A stretch of DNA of 64,000 bases from Blasia pusilla (GCA_050084515.1 CM114271.1:42966001-43030000); one strand, 5' to 3'; numbered from the stretch's first letter, positions 40,135 to 54,486 are shown. The notes: generated by a model not told the origin, from the sequence alone. Numbers and translations are program-made.

Positions 40135-43100
40135 TTACAACGAAAGATGTTTTGAGGGAGACACTCTCATGTAGTGTGAGTGCTGACCAAACAACGTGTT
40201 TGTGCGGAGCTTCCAAATGTCAACCAAGAAACTATTCACCACACCGTCTACTTTACCTGATTGGGATCCCCAATAGACATTACTTACCAGTGCAATAGCT
40301 TTGGGCAATGAATCAAGCCTACTGGATGTGTTGAACAATTCTGGTGCTACCAACTTAGCAATATCAGCATATGCTCTGGCTTTGTGAGTTGTGAATTTTG
40401 CGCAGGAGACCAAGTAATGACTAGAGGTTTCATCCCCATCGTCACACAAGGCACAAGTGTTTAGTTGTGTTCCCATCCTGCTTTTCTTATGGTTCAAGGG
40501 GATTGCTCACGTTCTGAACTTGAACTTGAGCCGGGTTCCCAAGTAAGGGGTTCCCCGCAAATAGTTCTTCAGTTCTGCCTTCTCGGGATATAACGTCAAA
40601 AGAGAGAAAGGTCAAACATTTTCATGGCTTCCTCCATGATGTTCTGTTGTGAGCGTTTTCCCATTGCTTTGGTTATGGTATCCTCGAATGCTTTCTCATC
40701 TTGCTCCCATAGTTGAGGCCCTGCTGGGAGTTTGGAAGCTTGCACAAACTCTTGAACCTTTTTCGTCCAAGATTTGGCGTGCTTTACGGGTCTTCTTTGT
40801 GTCCAGGTTTTCCCCATCACCTCTTTAGGATAGCGATGGGAGTCCATTGTCTCTAGCTGCCTCCGCCATTTCAACTTGGCAATGTCATGTCTATCCTCCA
40901 AGGGTTCCACACCTAGTTCTGATCTCACACCAACTCGAGCTGTTCGTGATGAGGTTGACATCATACCCCAAAACGCCTTTAGCTATACAGCTTCAAGCCT
41001 ATCCCTTTGTTTGGTGTTGGCATCCTACACTGCTGCCCGTATTCCAGCAAGGGATGAATGGTATGCAAAATGACATAGCGCTTAACTTTTGATGTGATAT
41101 CCCGGCAGTGTAGGAATCTGGACAGACCGTTCACCTTCTTGTGGCCTTTCTCAATAGTCTTCTTAATGTGTGCATCCCACATGCAATCTTCTAAGAATTC
41201 TATGCCTAGATAGGTGTATGTAGCCACACCAAGAATCTCTTGTTTGCCCCATTACCACTATTGGTCTTGGTCCTCCTCTTTGCCATTGAAAATCATCACA
41301 TCACACTTCAGTACATTTGCCTCCATGCCCCACATATCACACCAGATTTTGGTCAGGGAGATCATCTCTTGGAGTTTCTCTCCTATTTCCTCGAGGCCAC
41401 CAAAGTCATCAACAAACATTAGGGCAACAACAGAGCTGTTGCCCACCCGTATGCCTAGTCCACTATCCTCCATTTCTTCCAATAGGGAATTCACAAAAAT
41501 GTTGAAGAGAGTAGGGGAGAGCGGGCATCCTTGAGCCACTCCTTGCTTGATGTCGAATGACCCACTCTTTTGGCCATTCACCACAACTCTACTCCTTGTG
41601 TTCTGGTACATCTTCTCCACCACCCTCCACATTTTCCCTCTAAGCCTTGCCTTCCACAAGCTATAAGATAGCCCCTCACGCCATATAGTGTCGTATGCCT
41701 TCTTGAGGTCCAAGAAGAAGCAATAGGTATGTTTCCCCTCTTTTTTCCTACCTTGGATAATTTGACTGAAGGTGAAGATGTGATCCATGCATCCTCAGGC
41801 TTGCCGGAAGCCATCCTAGCCTTCCTTGATGACAGAATTCTCCTCGAGGTACATAGAGATCGTATTGTTGAGAATACGGAAAACCAGCTTCCCGACTACA
41901 CTCAGCAATGTAATACCCCTGTAGTTTCCAAGGTCTTCTCGCTCACCCTTCTTGAAGGGGTTCATGATGACTTCCACCCGCCATCTTTGTGGGATGACTT
42001 TTTCCCACCAGACCAGGTTGAAGAGACTCACTAGAGAACGAGCCATAGTAGCATCGCCATACTTCAACAGCTCATTCACAAGCTTATCACCACCGCCTGC
42101 TTTGTGATTCACAAGTTCTTTGATCGCTGCTCCCACCTCAGCCAGGGAGAACCAATTGTTATATGGGTTGCCCATCTCAACCTCATCATCTACCTTCTCC
42201 CGTTGTATCTTAACAAAATCCTCCACCACCCTCTCGAAGTTCTGCTCTTCAAGGGATGTCCGAGCGGGCTTCCTGCCTGAATCCTTGTAATGGTCTTCCA
42301 ACACATGTCGGATCTGTTTAGCCGTGGTCACCATTCCAACATCTTTTCTCTTCAAGGCCTTTTCGTCATTTTTTTCCCTGGCCTTTCTCAATTTCTGCAC
42401 TTCCCTCCATAACTTTTTTTGATTCTCAGTGAAATTCTCATTGATGGATGAGTATGTCGCTTGGTTCAATTTCTTCTTGTGTATGCGCACGAGAAGACGG
42501 GTTTCCTTGCATTGGGCCACATACTCTGCCCATAAGGGTGCATCATCCGTGGCTTTGGCACTTGTTACATACGCTTCCCTTTGTTTGGCAATGGCTGCCT
42601 TGAGTTCCAAGGACCACCATTTGACGACTCTGCCGCATATTATCAATTTCCTGCCGGCAGCAATCTCGGCGGCATCTGTCACTCCACGCTCCCACCATGC
42701 CAACACCATGTCCACATGAATGATCTGATCTTCCAATGTCTGTCGCATCTGATCTTCCAATGTCTGTCGCATCCACTGTGATCTTCCCACTGCGTATGTA
42801 GAGTTCCTCATCCACAACTATGTAGTCCACAATGGAGCTTTCATTCTCCTTGAAGTTGACCCTAGTCCAAGCTAGGGAACCCCCCTTATGCCTATCATTC
42901 AATGCCATCAGTTGAAGTTCCCTCAACATCATGATCAGCCGTGTGCTATTGCCATTCACTCTCACATCTCCAAACATCCCGATCTCCGCTTGGGAATCGG
43001 TGCCTTGCCCCACCCAGCTATTGAAGTCTCCCAACAAGACTATTTTCCCCTTTGTCTGGAACCCAAGGCAATCAATTTTCACACTATCAAAAGCTGCCTC

Positions 43101-44200
43101 TATTACAACAGCAGATTCACTGTTTGTAGGCATGTAAATACACCCAATGTACATATCCCGCGAGTTGCACTCTGCTCGGACTTTGACCCATATGTTGTGT
43201 CCATACTCGAGCCATGTGCTGATGATCTCACACTTGTCCACCATGAAGTCTCTGATGGAGAACCCGACACCCTCCATACCTCTGTTGTTGTCCGCGTGGG
43301 TGCTGCACATCTTTCCAAACCATGCATAGTGTGGTACATGGGGTATCTCCATTAACTTGGTTTCCCAAGTTTCTTGACCACCGCATATATGTATTCGATT
43401 TTTCAGCAAAACTTCAGCAACCTCCATCTTCTTTATTGCATGGGTCAGTCCACAGAAGTTAAAGGTACCCAAACAGAGACTTGTCACTAAGTGGGTTGGG
43501 GGTCGGCGGGCATGCTTTTGGTGTAGGTGTGGCTGCTTGCAACATGGAACCTCTTAATATGCAGGCTCTTCATTGCTGGTTCCTTGAAGAGCACTAAAGA
43601 TATTAAGTGTGTACATCACCAACGGTTTTGTGGAGATGGGCCTTTCCTTCAATTTGGAACCACCCTCCACTACCATAGCCCGCCAGTTGTATACACGTCT
43701 TAGTTCTTGAGACACCTGGTTTTTGTGGCAAGCCAAGTATTGGCCTCCTCTGCCCTTGATGGACGCCTTGAAGATACATTGACGACCATTCATCATCCGA
43801 GTAACTACAGCATTAGCCAGGAATTCAAAGCCCAAAGCTGCGCACATGATCTTAAATGAGACGAAGTCTATTGTGGGACGTACACCGAAAATGATCATGT
43901 GGAACCGTTGTCTCCTCCTATAGACTAGATTGAACTCTCTGCCCACATCCAAATTGCAGGGGGCCTTTGATCGTCTCACATAAACATGCCGGTATTCCCC
44001 GCCCAGCTTGGGGATGCTGAACTTTGGTATGCGCCTTTGGCAGGTGAATTGATACTTCTCACAAGCTTGGGAGGACAAAGATATATTGGGCTCAAGGTTG
44101 CTGATTATATGTAGAAGTTTGGCAGACAACTGATTTAGGATATGGGGATAATGTTTAAGCTCCCAGCCCGAGAGTCCAGACAAGGACTCACTGTCCTATT
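40135..44200 (-). mobile_element. Degenerate APE-type LINE (ORF1 remnant, AP endonuclease, RT, C-terminal zinc finger); clade not determined
   Basis: APE: GTFNFCGL, GQETW, GCIYMP, LLGDFNS, SIVDYI, SDH. RT: NYRGITLLS, FLDLKKAYDTI, QGCPLSPTLFN, MFVDD, YLGI. Zinc finger CALC...ETSSHYLVSC. A 24-bp internal duplication lies near 42724-42772. Confidence 0.9.
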
Positions 44201-44626
44201 TGTGCGGAGGGGCTGCCTCCAAGCGGCAAGATGCCCAAAGAGAGCCCGCTTGTTACCCCCAGAGATCATCACTACCTGCAAAGGTGAACAGTCCTGGCAT
44301 TAAGCTGCAAAGGAGGGCCCGTGAATCCAACTTCAAAAGAAGGAGAGGTCTCCATTTCTCCAACTAAGTCAAGTGGACACCTTACTTGTGGCACAACTGC
44401 CACAAGTCATATGGATTACATGACACTAATCCACACCTACCAACCAGGGGAACGACATCGCAAGCTCACTACAAGTTCCAACTACAAAAATGGGCAACTC
44501 GATAGAGAGTATTGCTTTATTGCTTGCACGCGGTTCACTCATTATAAGCTACCCAAGAGCAGTGCTTTGGAACATGTCGTCCCAACATACTAGGCCTGTC
44601 GGGACTTGTAGTTTTGGGGTTTAAAC

Positions 44627-44799
<173 letters not shown>

Positions 44800-45570
44800 A
44801 AGGATTTTTTGCTCTACGTGGCCCTCAACCTAAACATAGCTTTTAACTTCAAACTCATTGTGGGACTCATATTGACTCATATCTTATGGATAATATCACC
44901 CAACCCAACTCTCCCAACTCATGAGTCATCGTCCATAAGCTTCGTGTATTCCATGGCTTAGCATCTCATTGTTGGTGTTGCCTCCATTCATCCTTCTCGC
45001 GACTAGTCTCAAGGTTTAGTGCCCATCTTGACAAGTCCAAGCTTCCCACATATTCCCCTATAGCTTCAAATTAGACTTTGGGCTAAACTGCCTTTCTTGT
45101 TCATGCTACTCCTTTCTAGTGGATCTGCCCTTTAATCCCGCTATACACTTGATGTCTCTTTCACTCGTCTTGACTAGCCTTGCTCCCAAGACTCACCCGT
45201 CGCTCAAGGATGCCTAGAGAGTCTGAAGGTTCTTGCCCTTCCTTACTCCAACTAATGATTTGATCGAGATTCAAGCTTGATAATGACTCCAATGTTTCCT
45301 CATTCTTTGACCAACATTCTTAAGAGAACATCTTTATCAAAATTCTGCCTACCGACATTTGATTATTAAATTACTAATGATGATAGAAGTGGAGATCTTG
45401 CTTTCTATCACAACATCCTCTAATAACCCTCATACAATGAGTTTGCGGCTGGGGAGTGACAAATGAAAAAATTAATTATGACACACTAGTGGAGGACAAG
45501 TGGATAGGTTACATGGAGAGAACTAAATATTGTGGGTAGGCAAGTCCCTAAATGAAGAATTCGACATATG

Positions 45571-46354
45571 TGTTATGCGCATATACATCGCTACGCACTA
45601 TAATAGTTGTCATCGAACACACACAAAAATATGCATAATCCCATGCTAACTCATGGCATCCAAACAACGAGACAAGAACAACCAAAGATTGGATCTTACT
45701 TTACTCCAATAAAGTAAGATCCAATCTCTCTCTACACCATCTCACACCATAGCTCTCAAAGGTGTGCACTCTCTCTCATGTCAAATCAAACCGACTCTCC
45801 TAATGAAAGGCTTGGGTTACACTCACAAGGCAAGGGACCATAGCTCCGCCGCCTTATGCCAAGAGGTTCAACAAAGAAAGAATGAGTTCTCAAGCTCTCT
45901 CTCCATGAGGCATACCTCTCCCCTCTCCCAAGCTCTCTCCATGGTAACCTATGCTCCCAAGTCACCTCCTTGGCTCTTGACCTGATGTAGGAGGTCAAGG
46001 GCCACTTACCAAAAAATAGAAAATCGATCATATACTTAAAATTGTACTCACCTAAAATAGTAAGTTCCTCAATATGGCTCCAAATGAGCCGAAACGAAGG
46101 GGAAACCTGTTCTCTCAGGTTTCCCGGGGCTTCAGCAGGTCATCCTCGACCTACTGAGCTTGTCCTCTGCTATTCACAAAGGCACTCTACTAGATCTCAC
46201 CGATCTATCCTAAGAGACGTGACAACTATCGTGCGCATACACATCGCTACACAATATATATCGCTGTCACCAAACACACACAAAAACACGCACGATCCCA
46301 TGCTAACTCATGACATCCAAACAACGAGACATGAAGTACCAAAATATCTCCAAT
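45571..46354 (-). repeat. E2 3' split repeats: Y1 46354-46227, 2-nt spacer, X2 46224-45711, Y2 ~45710-45571
   Basis: CCCATGCTAACTCATG.CATCCAAACAACGAGACA occurs in both Y copies. X matches E1 X1. Confidence 0.85.
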
Positions 46355-46533
46355 CGCCCCCCTAGCTGGTGGTTAGGTCTCTCTAACTCCAGATAGCCAT
46401 CTATCCCTACCTACCATGACATACATCTCTCGGATGCTAAGAGCAAGAAGGTCGGGTGCTCATGTGGCCCATCGTTTGTTGTCTTCTTGTCATCCATGTC
46501 ACAAACACAAGTTGGAATGTAGAACTACCTACT

Positions 46534-46690
46534 CTATGTACATCTGGGACACATCCACCATCCCTGAGGAACCTTAGTGAGAGGTGGCATCAAACATGCC
46601 ATATGCCATCCTCTCGAACATCCATCACAAACTAGCATAGTGGCTGCACCACGGGCGGAACCACACAACATACACCGCAAGCCTGCAGAA
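46534..46690 (-). other. PHD finger at the E2 integrase C-terminus
   Basis: C4HC3 pattern: CMLC...CDGC..GWHMAC...WMCPRC. Confidence 0.92.
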
Positions 46691-49600
46691 ACTATTGCTA
46701 AGCTTGGATCAACTGTACCGTCAATGTTTGGAAGATGACATGGCGCATAGTTACGCACATGGTCCTTCCAAACCATACCATCGCGTCCCTCCAATAAGAG
46801 AACATCAGATGGCAAAACCTCACGCACTCTCAAGATGTTGCGCTTTCCAGTCACATCCAACGTCGTGGGTACTGTATGCTGCAAGTAGACATAGTCTCCT
46901 TGATGAAACCTCCGGATAGTAGGTCGATAACCACCTCCCCGAATAGTCGCATACCTCAACGTATCCCGATGTTGCACAATCGCCAAGTTCTCAAACGCCA
47001 TGGGCATCACTCTCCAAAACAACTCAACCCTCTCAGAATATGCTCGTATCCATACATCAGGATCATCAAGGTTCAACACCTTACCACTATCTTGACGAAT
47101 GGCCGCAGGAAATTTTGGCTCATGGCCATAAAGCAACAAGTATGGTGAGAAAGACGCTAAGGATGCCTGCCTGCTGAATCTGTATCCCATCGCCAACCAC
47201 GGCAACTGAAGGTCCCAATCTCCTAGGTGACCTCTCTGCAAGCCATACTTGCGTACTCCTCTCTTCATCGTCTGCACAACCCGCTCCGCTAGTCCATCCG
47301 CCTCAAGATGATCTCGTGAAGTAGTGCGGTGGTTGATCAGTGCCTGATCACACAAGGCCTGAAACTCCCCGCGGAACTCTGTACCCTGGTCTGTCAACAC
47401 CTCAGCTCGCACGCCGTAATGACTCAGCACTCAATCTAGGAAGGCATATGCTACTCCCTCACTCGCTTTGTCAAGCAATGCAACCAACTTTATCCACTTC
47501 AAGAAGTGCTCGACCATTACCAACACATAATGACTATGGCGCTCCGTCAAAGGCAAAGGTCTTGCAAAATCCAGACTCCATCTATAACCGAAACCCATGA
47601 TCGAAAGTGGATGCAACTGTGGAGTTGGAGCATTGAACGATGCTCGAACTCACCATGCATGTGGCAACAAACTGTTGAACGTCAGTCTGCATGCCTTGCC
47701 ACCAATACTGAATCTGGAGCAAGCTATATATCCGCTTCACTCCAAAATGACCCAACTCCTCATGGGCATGACGCACCAAAGGTGCTCTCTGCAAAGGATG
47801 AGGCACTACACGCAGTCTACCATCCTCCCACACTCGCAACACATGTGTGCCCTCCCACCGAAACCGTCTGGCTTGCTGTAGGATCCGATCCCGCTCTCTA
47901 GCATCCACTGTGCTCGCGACCCTGCCAGTACGCACGTACTCCAAGACCACTCTATCGTCATGAATGTCTCGGCCACCTATCGTCTCCTCACCGGCCTTCG
48001 GATCTAAGGACTCTCCATCAGACCTCGCCATCAAAGTCTCAGCAATCTGGCTCTCCATAGCCAACAAGCCCAAATAGGTTGACGCATGCCATCCTGACAC
48101 CAACTCCTCATCACTCTCACCATGCCAACGAGCTCCAGTGGCATCTCGCTGACTCGGGCATGGGTTACGGCTCAAACCATCTGCATCTTGGTTGAGCGTC
48201 CCAGGTCTATGCACCACTTGGAAGTCATACTCCTGCAACAAAAGAGCCCACCTCGCAAGCTTCCGTGTAAGCTTGTCGGACTCCATCAACCACTTAAGTG
48301 GCTGATGATCAATAATGATGGTAAAGGGATTGCCGAATAGATAACATCTAAAATATGCAACAGCCCACACTGTAGCCAAGCACTCACCCTCATACGAGCT
48401 ATAATTTGCCTCTGTAGCATTGTTCGGGCGACTAGCATAACCCACCAGGAACTCTCTACCATCATCATCATGTTGGGTGAGCACCGCTCCAAGCCCCAAC
48501 ATGCTCCAATCTGTGTGCAACTGGAAAGGACGCCCCCTGATCAGTCTCCTCAAGATGGGCGTGGACATCAATTTTTCCTTGAGCAGATGAAATGCTCGCT
48601 CTTGCTCATCCCCCCAGTGCCACTCATGATCCACCTTGGTTAGCAAGGTTAGTGGCTTCGCAATCAAACTGAATCTCTTGACGTACCGCCAATAGAAGTT
48701 TGCCAATCCCATGAATGCACGAACGCGGCTCACATCTGTAGGGCGTGGAATGCGTGAAATAGCCTCTATCTTTGTCTTTTGAACACCAAGGCTACCTAGG
48801 TATATCGTATGACCCAAGTACTCAATCTGGTCGTAGAAGAACTTACACTTGCTTGGATGTAGCTTCAGCCCATGTAACTGCAATCGTCGAAACATCTCCT
48901 CTAGATGTCGCTCATGCTCTTCAACCGTGGCACTAAAGACTACGATGTCATCAATATAATACCTAGCAAAATCCAGACCTACCAAGATCCTATCCATGAC
49001 CCTCTAAAACTCATCCGGGGCATACTTTAACCCAAATAGTAAGAACTGCCATTGGTACAAAAAATCCTTCCCGTGAGGATCGATGCCCAAAATATCGTCT
49101 TTTGCCTGTCCTCCAATCTGATAGGCAGCTGATGGTATCCGGCTCCCAAATCCAATGAACTAAAGACCTTTGCGTGACCAATTGCATCAAAGATCTCCTC
49201 AGGAGTGGGCATGGCATATCTATCAAACTTCATCTACCGATTGATAGGCCGATAATCCCCACACATCCTTCTTGGCAGGCATGACAGGGGCAAATGCATA
49301 CTCCCCATGCGACATCTCCACTAGTCCTGTTCCAACCAAGTCTTGGCTCCTACTCTAAATCACAGCCCTCTCCATATCACTCTATCTGTAGGGTCGTCAG
49401 AAGATCGGCGTATCACTCGACAACTCAATGCGGATCCCTGGTCCTTTCAGAGTACCCAAATCTTCCATGCTAAATGCAAAGCAACTCCTCTAACTCCTAA
49501 GGAACTGATGTATCCGGCGCCGCTCTTCTCCTCTCAACTTAGGGCCCATATATGGCTCCCAAGTCTCCATTGTGACTACGGTAGGACTCTCCAGCACTAG

Positions 49601-49899
49601 TATCGATGGTTGCTATGGTGCAACCTCGTCTCAAACACCAACACTTGGCCGCTCTCCTACAACCAACTGCAAACTCTGATCTCCTCCACACGCAATGCCT
49701 AGAACCACCCTCGATGTTGTGGCTATCATCTCCTGGCGTACCCGCAAAACATCCCAAGAAGTCCAAGGATGTCTCTCCCGATCTCCCCTAGTGTGTCGAT
49801 CTCCTCGGGTCTCGCCCCCAACCACTGCCTCCACCATCTCGGTAGGCATGGGGCTCACCAACGCAACCGATGTGATCTGTCGCGATCTCATCTGACGCT

Positions 49900-50763
49900 G
49901 CTCAGCCACTCCCAAGCTGAAGATCCATGTCAAGCAATTCAAGTCCATCGCCTGACCTAAGACATGGCGTCGTGATGCCTGTGACATTGACCGTACTTCC
50001 GTCACGCCTAAGGGAAATCCATCGCCCGCTCTCTCTCATTGGCGTTGGGCTCCACCAACCTTTGAACCTGGTCATCCCAAACCAAGCCAGGACCGGCCTC
50101 CTTGTATGCATAAGAAGCGGGAAAACTCACAAATGTGGGAAAGGCTACTCGCGGTCGGCCTACCTTATTGACCGTACTCAATGGCGTTCGATCATCGTGC
50201 CTCACTGCCTGTAATCGACGACCTGGATCTAGAATGGAATCCACTAACAAGTGGGAGGGGCGCTCCACTCTTGCATACGCCCTGCGCAACACCTCGTGTG
50301 GTACCATGTTGGTCCACCATAGACGCGGGCGATGTGTTGGAGAAACCACACTCGCTGCATCCAAAACTAATGTTGGGCCTATCCAGGCACGCACATGATG
50401 TGCACTTGTTACCACCTCGAATGGCCCAAGATTGGTACATTCTCCAAAATGTAACCTGGAGAACGAGACTGATGCTCATGCAAATATCTCAAGACCCTCA
50501 ACATCTCCCAAAACAACGTGGATCGAGTGTCAGCGAACCCGATGCCTCGTCCAGCACTCGATTGACCCTGACATGGCCAACGTGCAATGACCAAATCAAT
50601 GGTCCCTACCCGCTCCAAGTCCTGCGCCCTGTGCAACGAAATATCCCTCGGTAGGGAACTCTGGTACCCCTGTGCCGTGGACGTAGACAACAAGTTGGGA
50701 AAACGTAGGTGTAACTGCGCCACATGTCGTTGTGAGATGTGCCTTGCAACATCATCACTCTCC
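49900..50763 (-). pseudogene. C5 cytosine methyltransferase domain (motifs IV-X) inside E2 pol
   Basis: DLVIARWPCQG (IV), YILENV (VI), THRPRLWWTN (VIII), ERERAMDF (IX), RRHVLGQAMD (X). Confidence 0.88.
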
Positions 50764-53731
50764 CCCTAGCGAGCATTTAAAGCAGCAGATACTTGTAGAG
50801 GCCATAAATATTTGTTTTGGTAATTTAGAAATATTATCGTTATAAATTTATTTTCCAAAATTTTAAAAGAGTAATAAAGTTTCATTTATGCCTGACTCCC
50901 CTAAATAGTTTCAATTTCACTCTTCCATAAAAGTTTGAACAAGACCTATTCTTCCGTTTTCATTCGTCTCACCAAAATAATATCCACTAATTAAATCGGT
51001 GTGCGACCTTGAGACGGTGGAGAAGAAAGTAATTAACATATACTTGCATATGACACGAGGATAGTCTAGATGGCCAGGAAATAAACAAAAAGAACTTGTG
51101 GAGGCCATAATTATCCGCTAATTTTAATTAATTAAATCATTTCCTTTTTCTAGTAAAATTCTTTTCATTTCCCAAGATATCAAATTTAAATTAACTTGAT
51201 TATTTTTTTAAATAATCATATTTTTCATTAAAAATTTTATATATCATTTTTATTTCTTAAATCTTAGAAGAGTAATAATATTCCTCTCTTCTAAGCAATT
51301 CCACTCCTCGATTAAAGTTTAAATGATATCCCAATCTCCAAAATAATTCCACCCTTCCATAAAATCTCCTCTTTCTCCATTAGAATCCTTTTTTCCTTCC
51401 CATAAAAATGAACTAAGGGACAAACTTACAAATTTTTTTTCTCATTTTTCTAATTATTCCATTATTTTTTCTTATTATACACCTAATATCAAAGGATCAC
51501 CCATTATATTATAAAATTTTTAAATTAATAATTAATAAAAAAATCCTTTTTCCACCCAAATTCATTCCCTCTAATATGACTTAAGGAAAAAAAATTCAAA
51601 CATGTTACTCTTTTATCTTATTATCTTATTGTTTTGTCGTATTGGGTTGCCCATTATAATAAAGATTATGAAACTTGTCCTTCGTATCTCACCCCTCATA
51701 AACTTATTTCTCCTCTCCCACAATTCATGCATGCACCTCAACTCCCCCCTTTTCTTTCTCTCTTGCATGATCCCATTTCTCTTTCCGAGGAACTTAAGTA
51801 TTGCTAATTGCTTTTTTGCCCTCTAAGTTTTATTCCTTCTTCCTTCTCTCCTAATAATCATCCTCTTAATTTATTTTCACCATTTTGTCTCTTTCCACCA
51901 ACGATATGTTTTGCTTCCATGAGAGAAGATGATAATAATGGCTTTTTGAGCTCTATATTTTGTTATGTTAACTCAAACTCTTTCATATTCTTAATAGTGA
52001 ACATTGGAGGGCTCTCTTTCATTCCCATAGCACATTCATTCTATTCCACCTCATCTTTTCGTATATGTAACAAAAAACTATTTCATTACATGGGATTGTC
52101 TTTCAATGAGAAGAAATCATTACTGAGGCTAAGATTATTTTCATGTTAGTAGTTAAAGTCAAGTATTGAATTCTTACGTCCTACCTTGGATAATGCAATA
52201 TATAGTTGGCCATGAGAAAACACAGAAGTAGGCATTGAGGCACGTACATTCCAACTTTTTGTAGTCTAAGAGTTTGACCTTATGACTTATTCACAACCAT
52301 GGCAAAAGCAAGACGGATAGGGAATTGAAATCTATGTGGATCAAAAGGTAAATTGGAGTCAGACGTTATTTATGGGATATGTGGGATATCTTTTTCCTTC
52401 CCAAGGTTTTAAATTAGTACAACCCAAATATTAAGGTTTTTATTTTAAGAAAATCCCCAAAATTCATGATTTTTAAAGGATTTTTGGAGTCAAAATGAGC
52501 GTGCAGGCTAGCGCCCTTAATTATGTCCGCCCCCCCCTTCCCCACCCTTACCAAAAAACATTTATTCTACATATGGACCCTACATTTCATTTCTACCTCA
52601 TTCTTATCGTTTTCCTAAAAGGGAGAGTTTGTTGTTTGTACCAACTCCCTAGATACTTTAGGTGGAATGCAATTAAAAGAGATATGTATATTTTGTGTGG
52701 ATGAATGTCGTGGTATTGGTGTTTACAAGTGTTTGAGGTGTGGATATTTTGTATCTATGGATTTGATTAGGCACGCTACACACTATTATATTTGATTACA
52801 AACATAATACATTTTTTCGTTATTGACGATCCCTGTTATTTTGAAACGAGTAATATCATATTATTTGGGTATGATTTTTTAAAGGTAATTACTCAATTTT
52901 TTCATATGTATTTTTATTAACATTATCATATGCATTAATCAGAAATAAGGAGTTCACCAAATTTTTGGTCTGTTAGTGAAATAGCATGGAAGATTCTTCA
53001 CATGAGGAAGAAGAAATCAAGAGTCACAACTCAACTCTACCATAGTAGGGAAGAGTAAGAGTAAATGGCAGAAGTTAGGGCGAACTAAGAGGAATGGCCT
53101 TGGGGTTGTGTAAGGCCTAAATTTGACAGGAGTGGAGGTGTTGGTGGGTGAGGTTAAATTTTCATTAGACTTATGTTTCATATAGATACTACATCTAGGG
53201 AAGCCAAGATGGATTTAAGAATTTTGTGAGGAAGTTGGTAGAGATAGCTAAAACTGTTGATGAATCTTTCGATGATGGAGAAAAAATCGTTGGTAGATGA
53301 CCTACTAGGATGTGTTAGCTTGGGGGAGTACATTTTTGCAATGGATTTAGGGAGAGAACAATACAATATGGATTGAATCCAACTTGGATTAGAGACTCGA
53401 CTCCTCAACCCGAATACGATGAAATTGTTCATCGATGGGGATGGAAAGTGGGAACAATGGTTTGCATCCCAAAACGTATTACCTAGCTTGGGGTTAAGTG
53501 AGTTGAAGAGGGAGATGGTTACATGGCATAGGGAGCATGTTGAAATCATTGGTCTAGTTGTTTCCCTTCTTGTTATGAGTACTCCCACTCTTCTATTTCC
53601 CCTTAGGAATGTTGGAAGTCTCCTGAAGATGTTGAAGAGGATGGATTTAATAATCACTACTAGAGTTTGGTTAGACAATCCTCACTTTGACCAATATAAG
53701 GTGTTCATGATGAGAACGGTTGACAATGCCT

Positions 53732-54314
53732 TGTCGTGCGAATCCACATCGTCATACAACATACATCGCTGACATACCATACTCACATACATACATAACA
53801 TAGACGAGAGTATCCACAAACATAAGTGTACCACAACTGAAATTCGTGAAAGACCTATTGTCATAAAACACGTATAGAATCACATACAATCGAGCCAAAC
53901 CCACTCCACGATGGGAGAATCTAGGTCGAAGCTTGCGGGAAACACCATAGCCAAGAGCTCTACTGACTACCAAGACTAACTCCCAACGCAACAGGCTCAA
54001 CACAAAGAACTGACTGTTCTTTGGGTGCACTCCACACTATATCCTCCAACCTAAGAGCGGGCCCTATTGGGAAAGTCACCCCCAACTCAGTAACCCCCAA
54101 CCCTATGTATGAAACCGCATCTCTACCTAGCCACTACGATCCTACATAAGGTATGGCCTCTACTAGCACACTATACTCTACGACATAATCCGTATGGTCA
54201 TGATAGTTGTCGTGCGAATCCGCATCGTCATACAACATACATCGCTGACATACCATACTCACATACATACATAACATAGACGAGAGCATCCACAAACATA
54301 AGTGTACCACAACT
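53732..54314 (-). repeat. E3 3' split repeats: Y1 54314-54208, 2-nt spacer, X2 54205-53839, Y2 53838-53732
   Basis: Y1 and Y2 (~107 bp) differ at 2 positions by eye. X2 matches 63072-63437. PPT-like TAGGGGGCG lies immediately upstream of Y1. Confidence 0.92.
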
Positions 54315-54486
54315 CGCCCCCTAACTCGCGGTTAGGTCCCTCTAACTCCCAGGTAGCCCTATACATCTACTACATGCTATACACCTTCGTGGGTGCACGA
54401 ATCAGAAGGCCGGGTGCTAGGTTGCCCCATCGTTAGTCGCACATCTGTAATCCATATCATGCAAAGATCAAGTCATCTACCTCTCC

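Larger units (their letters stand above)
45571..50763 (-). mobile_element. E2: 5'-truncated gypsy-type element, family A (DNMT-RT-RNaseH-IN-PHD, PPT, Y1-X2-Y2)
   Basis: RT (DRYAMPTPEEIFD, YIDDIVVFS), RNase H (HTDWS, SYEGECLA, DADGLSR), IN (HEELGHFG, WSLDFA, TDQGTEF, GLAERVV), PHD. PPT-like CTAGGGGGGCG at 46365-46355. Truncated inside the MTase near motif II. Confidence 0.92.

Noticed and set aside
53732-54314. DIRS/Ngaro classification based on the split repeats
   Set aside because: No tyrosine recombinase seen; an rve DDE integrase, gypsy domain order, TG..CA ends and (in E1) a TSD are present.
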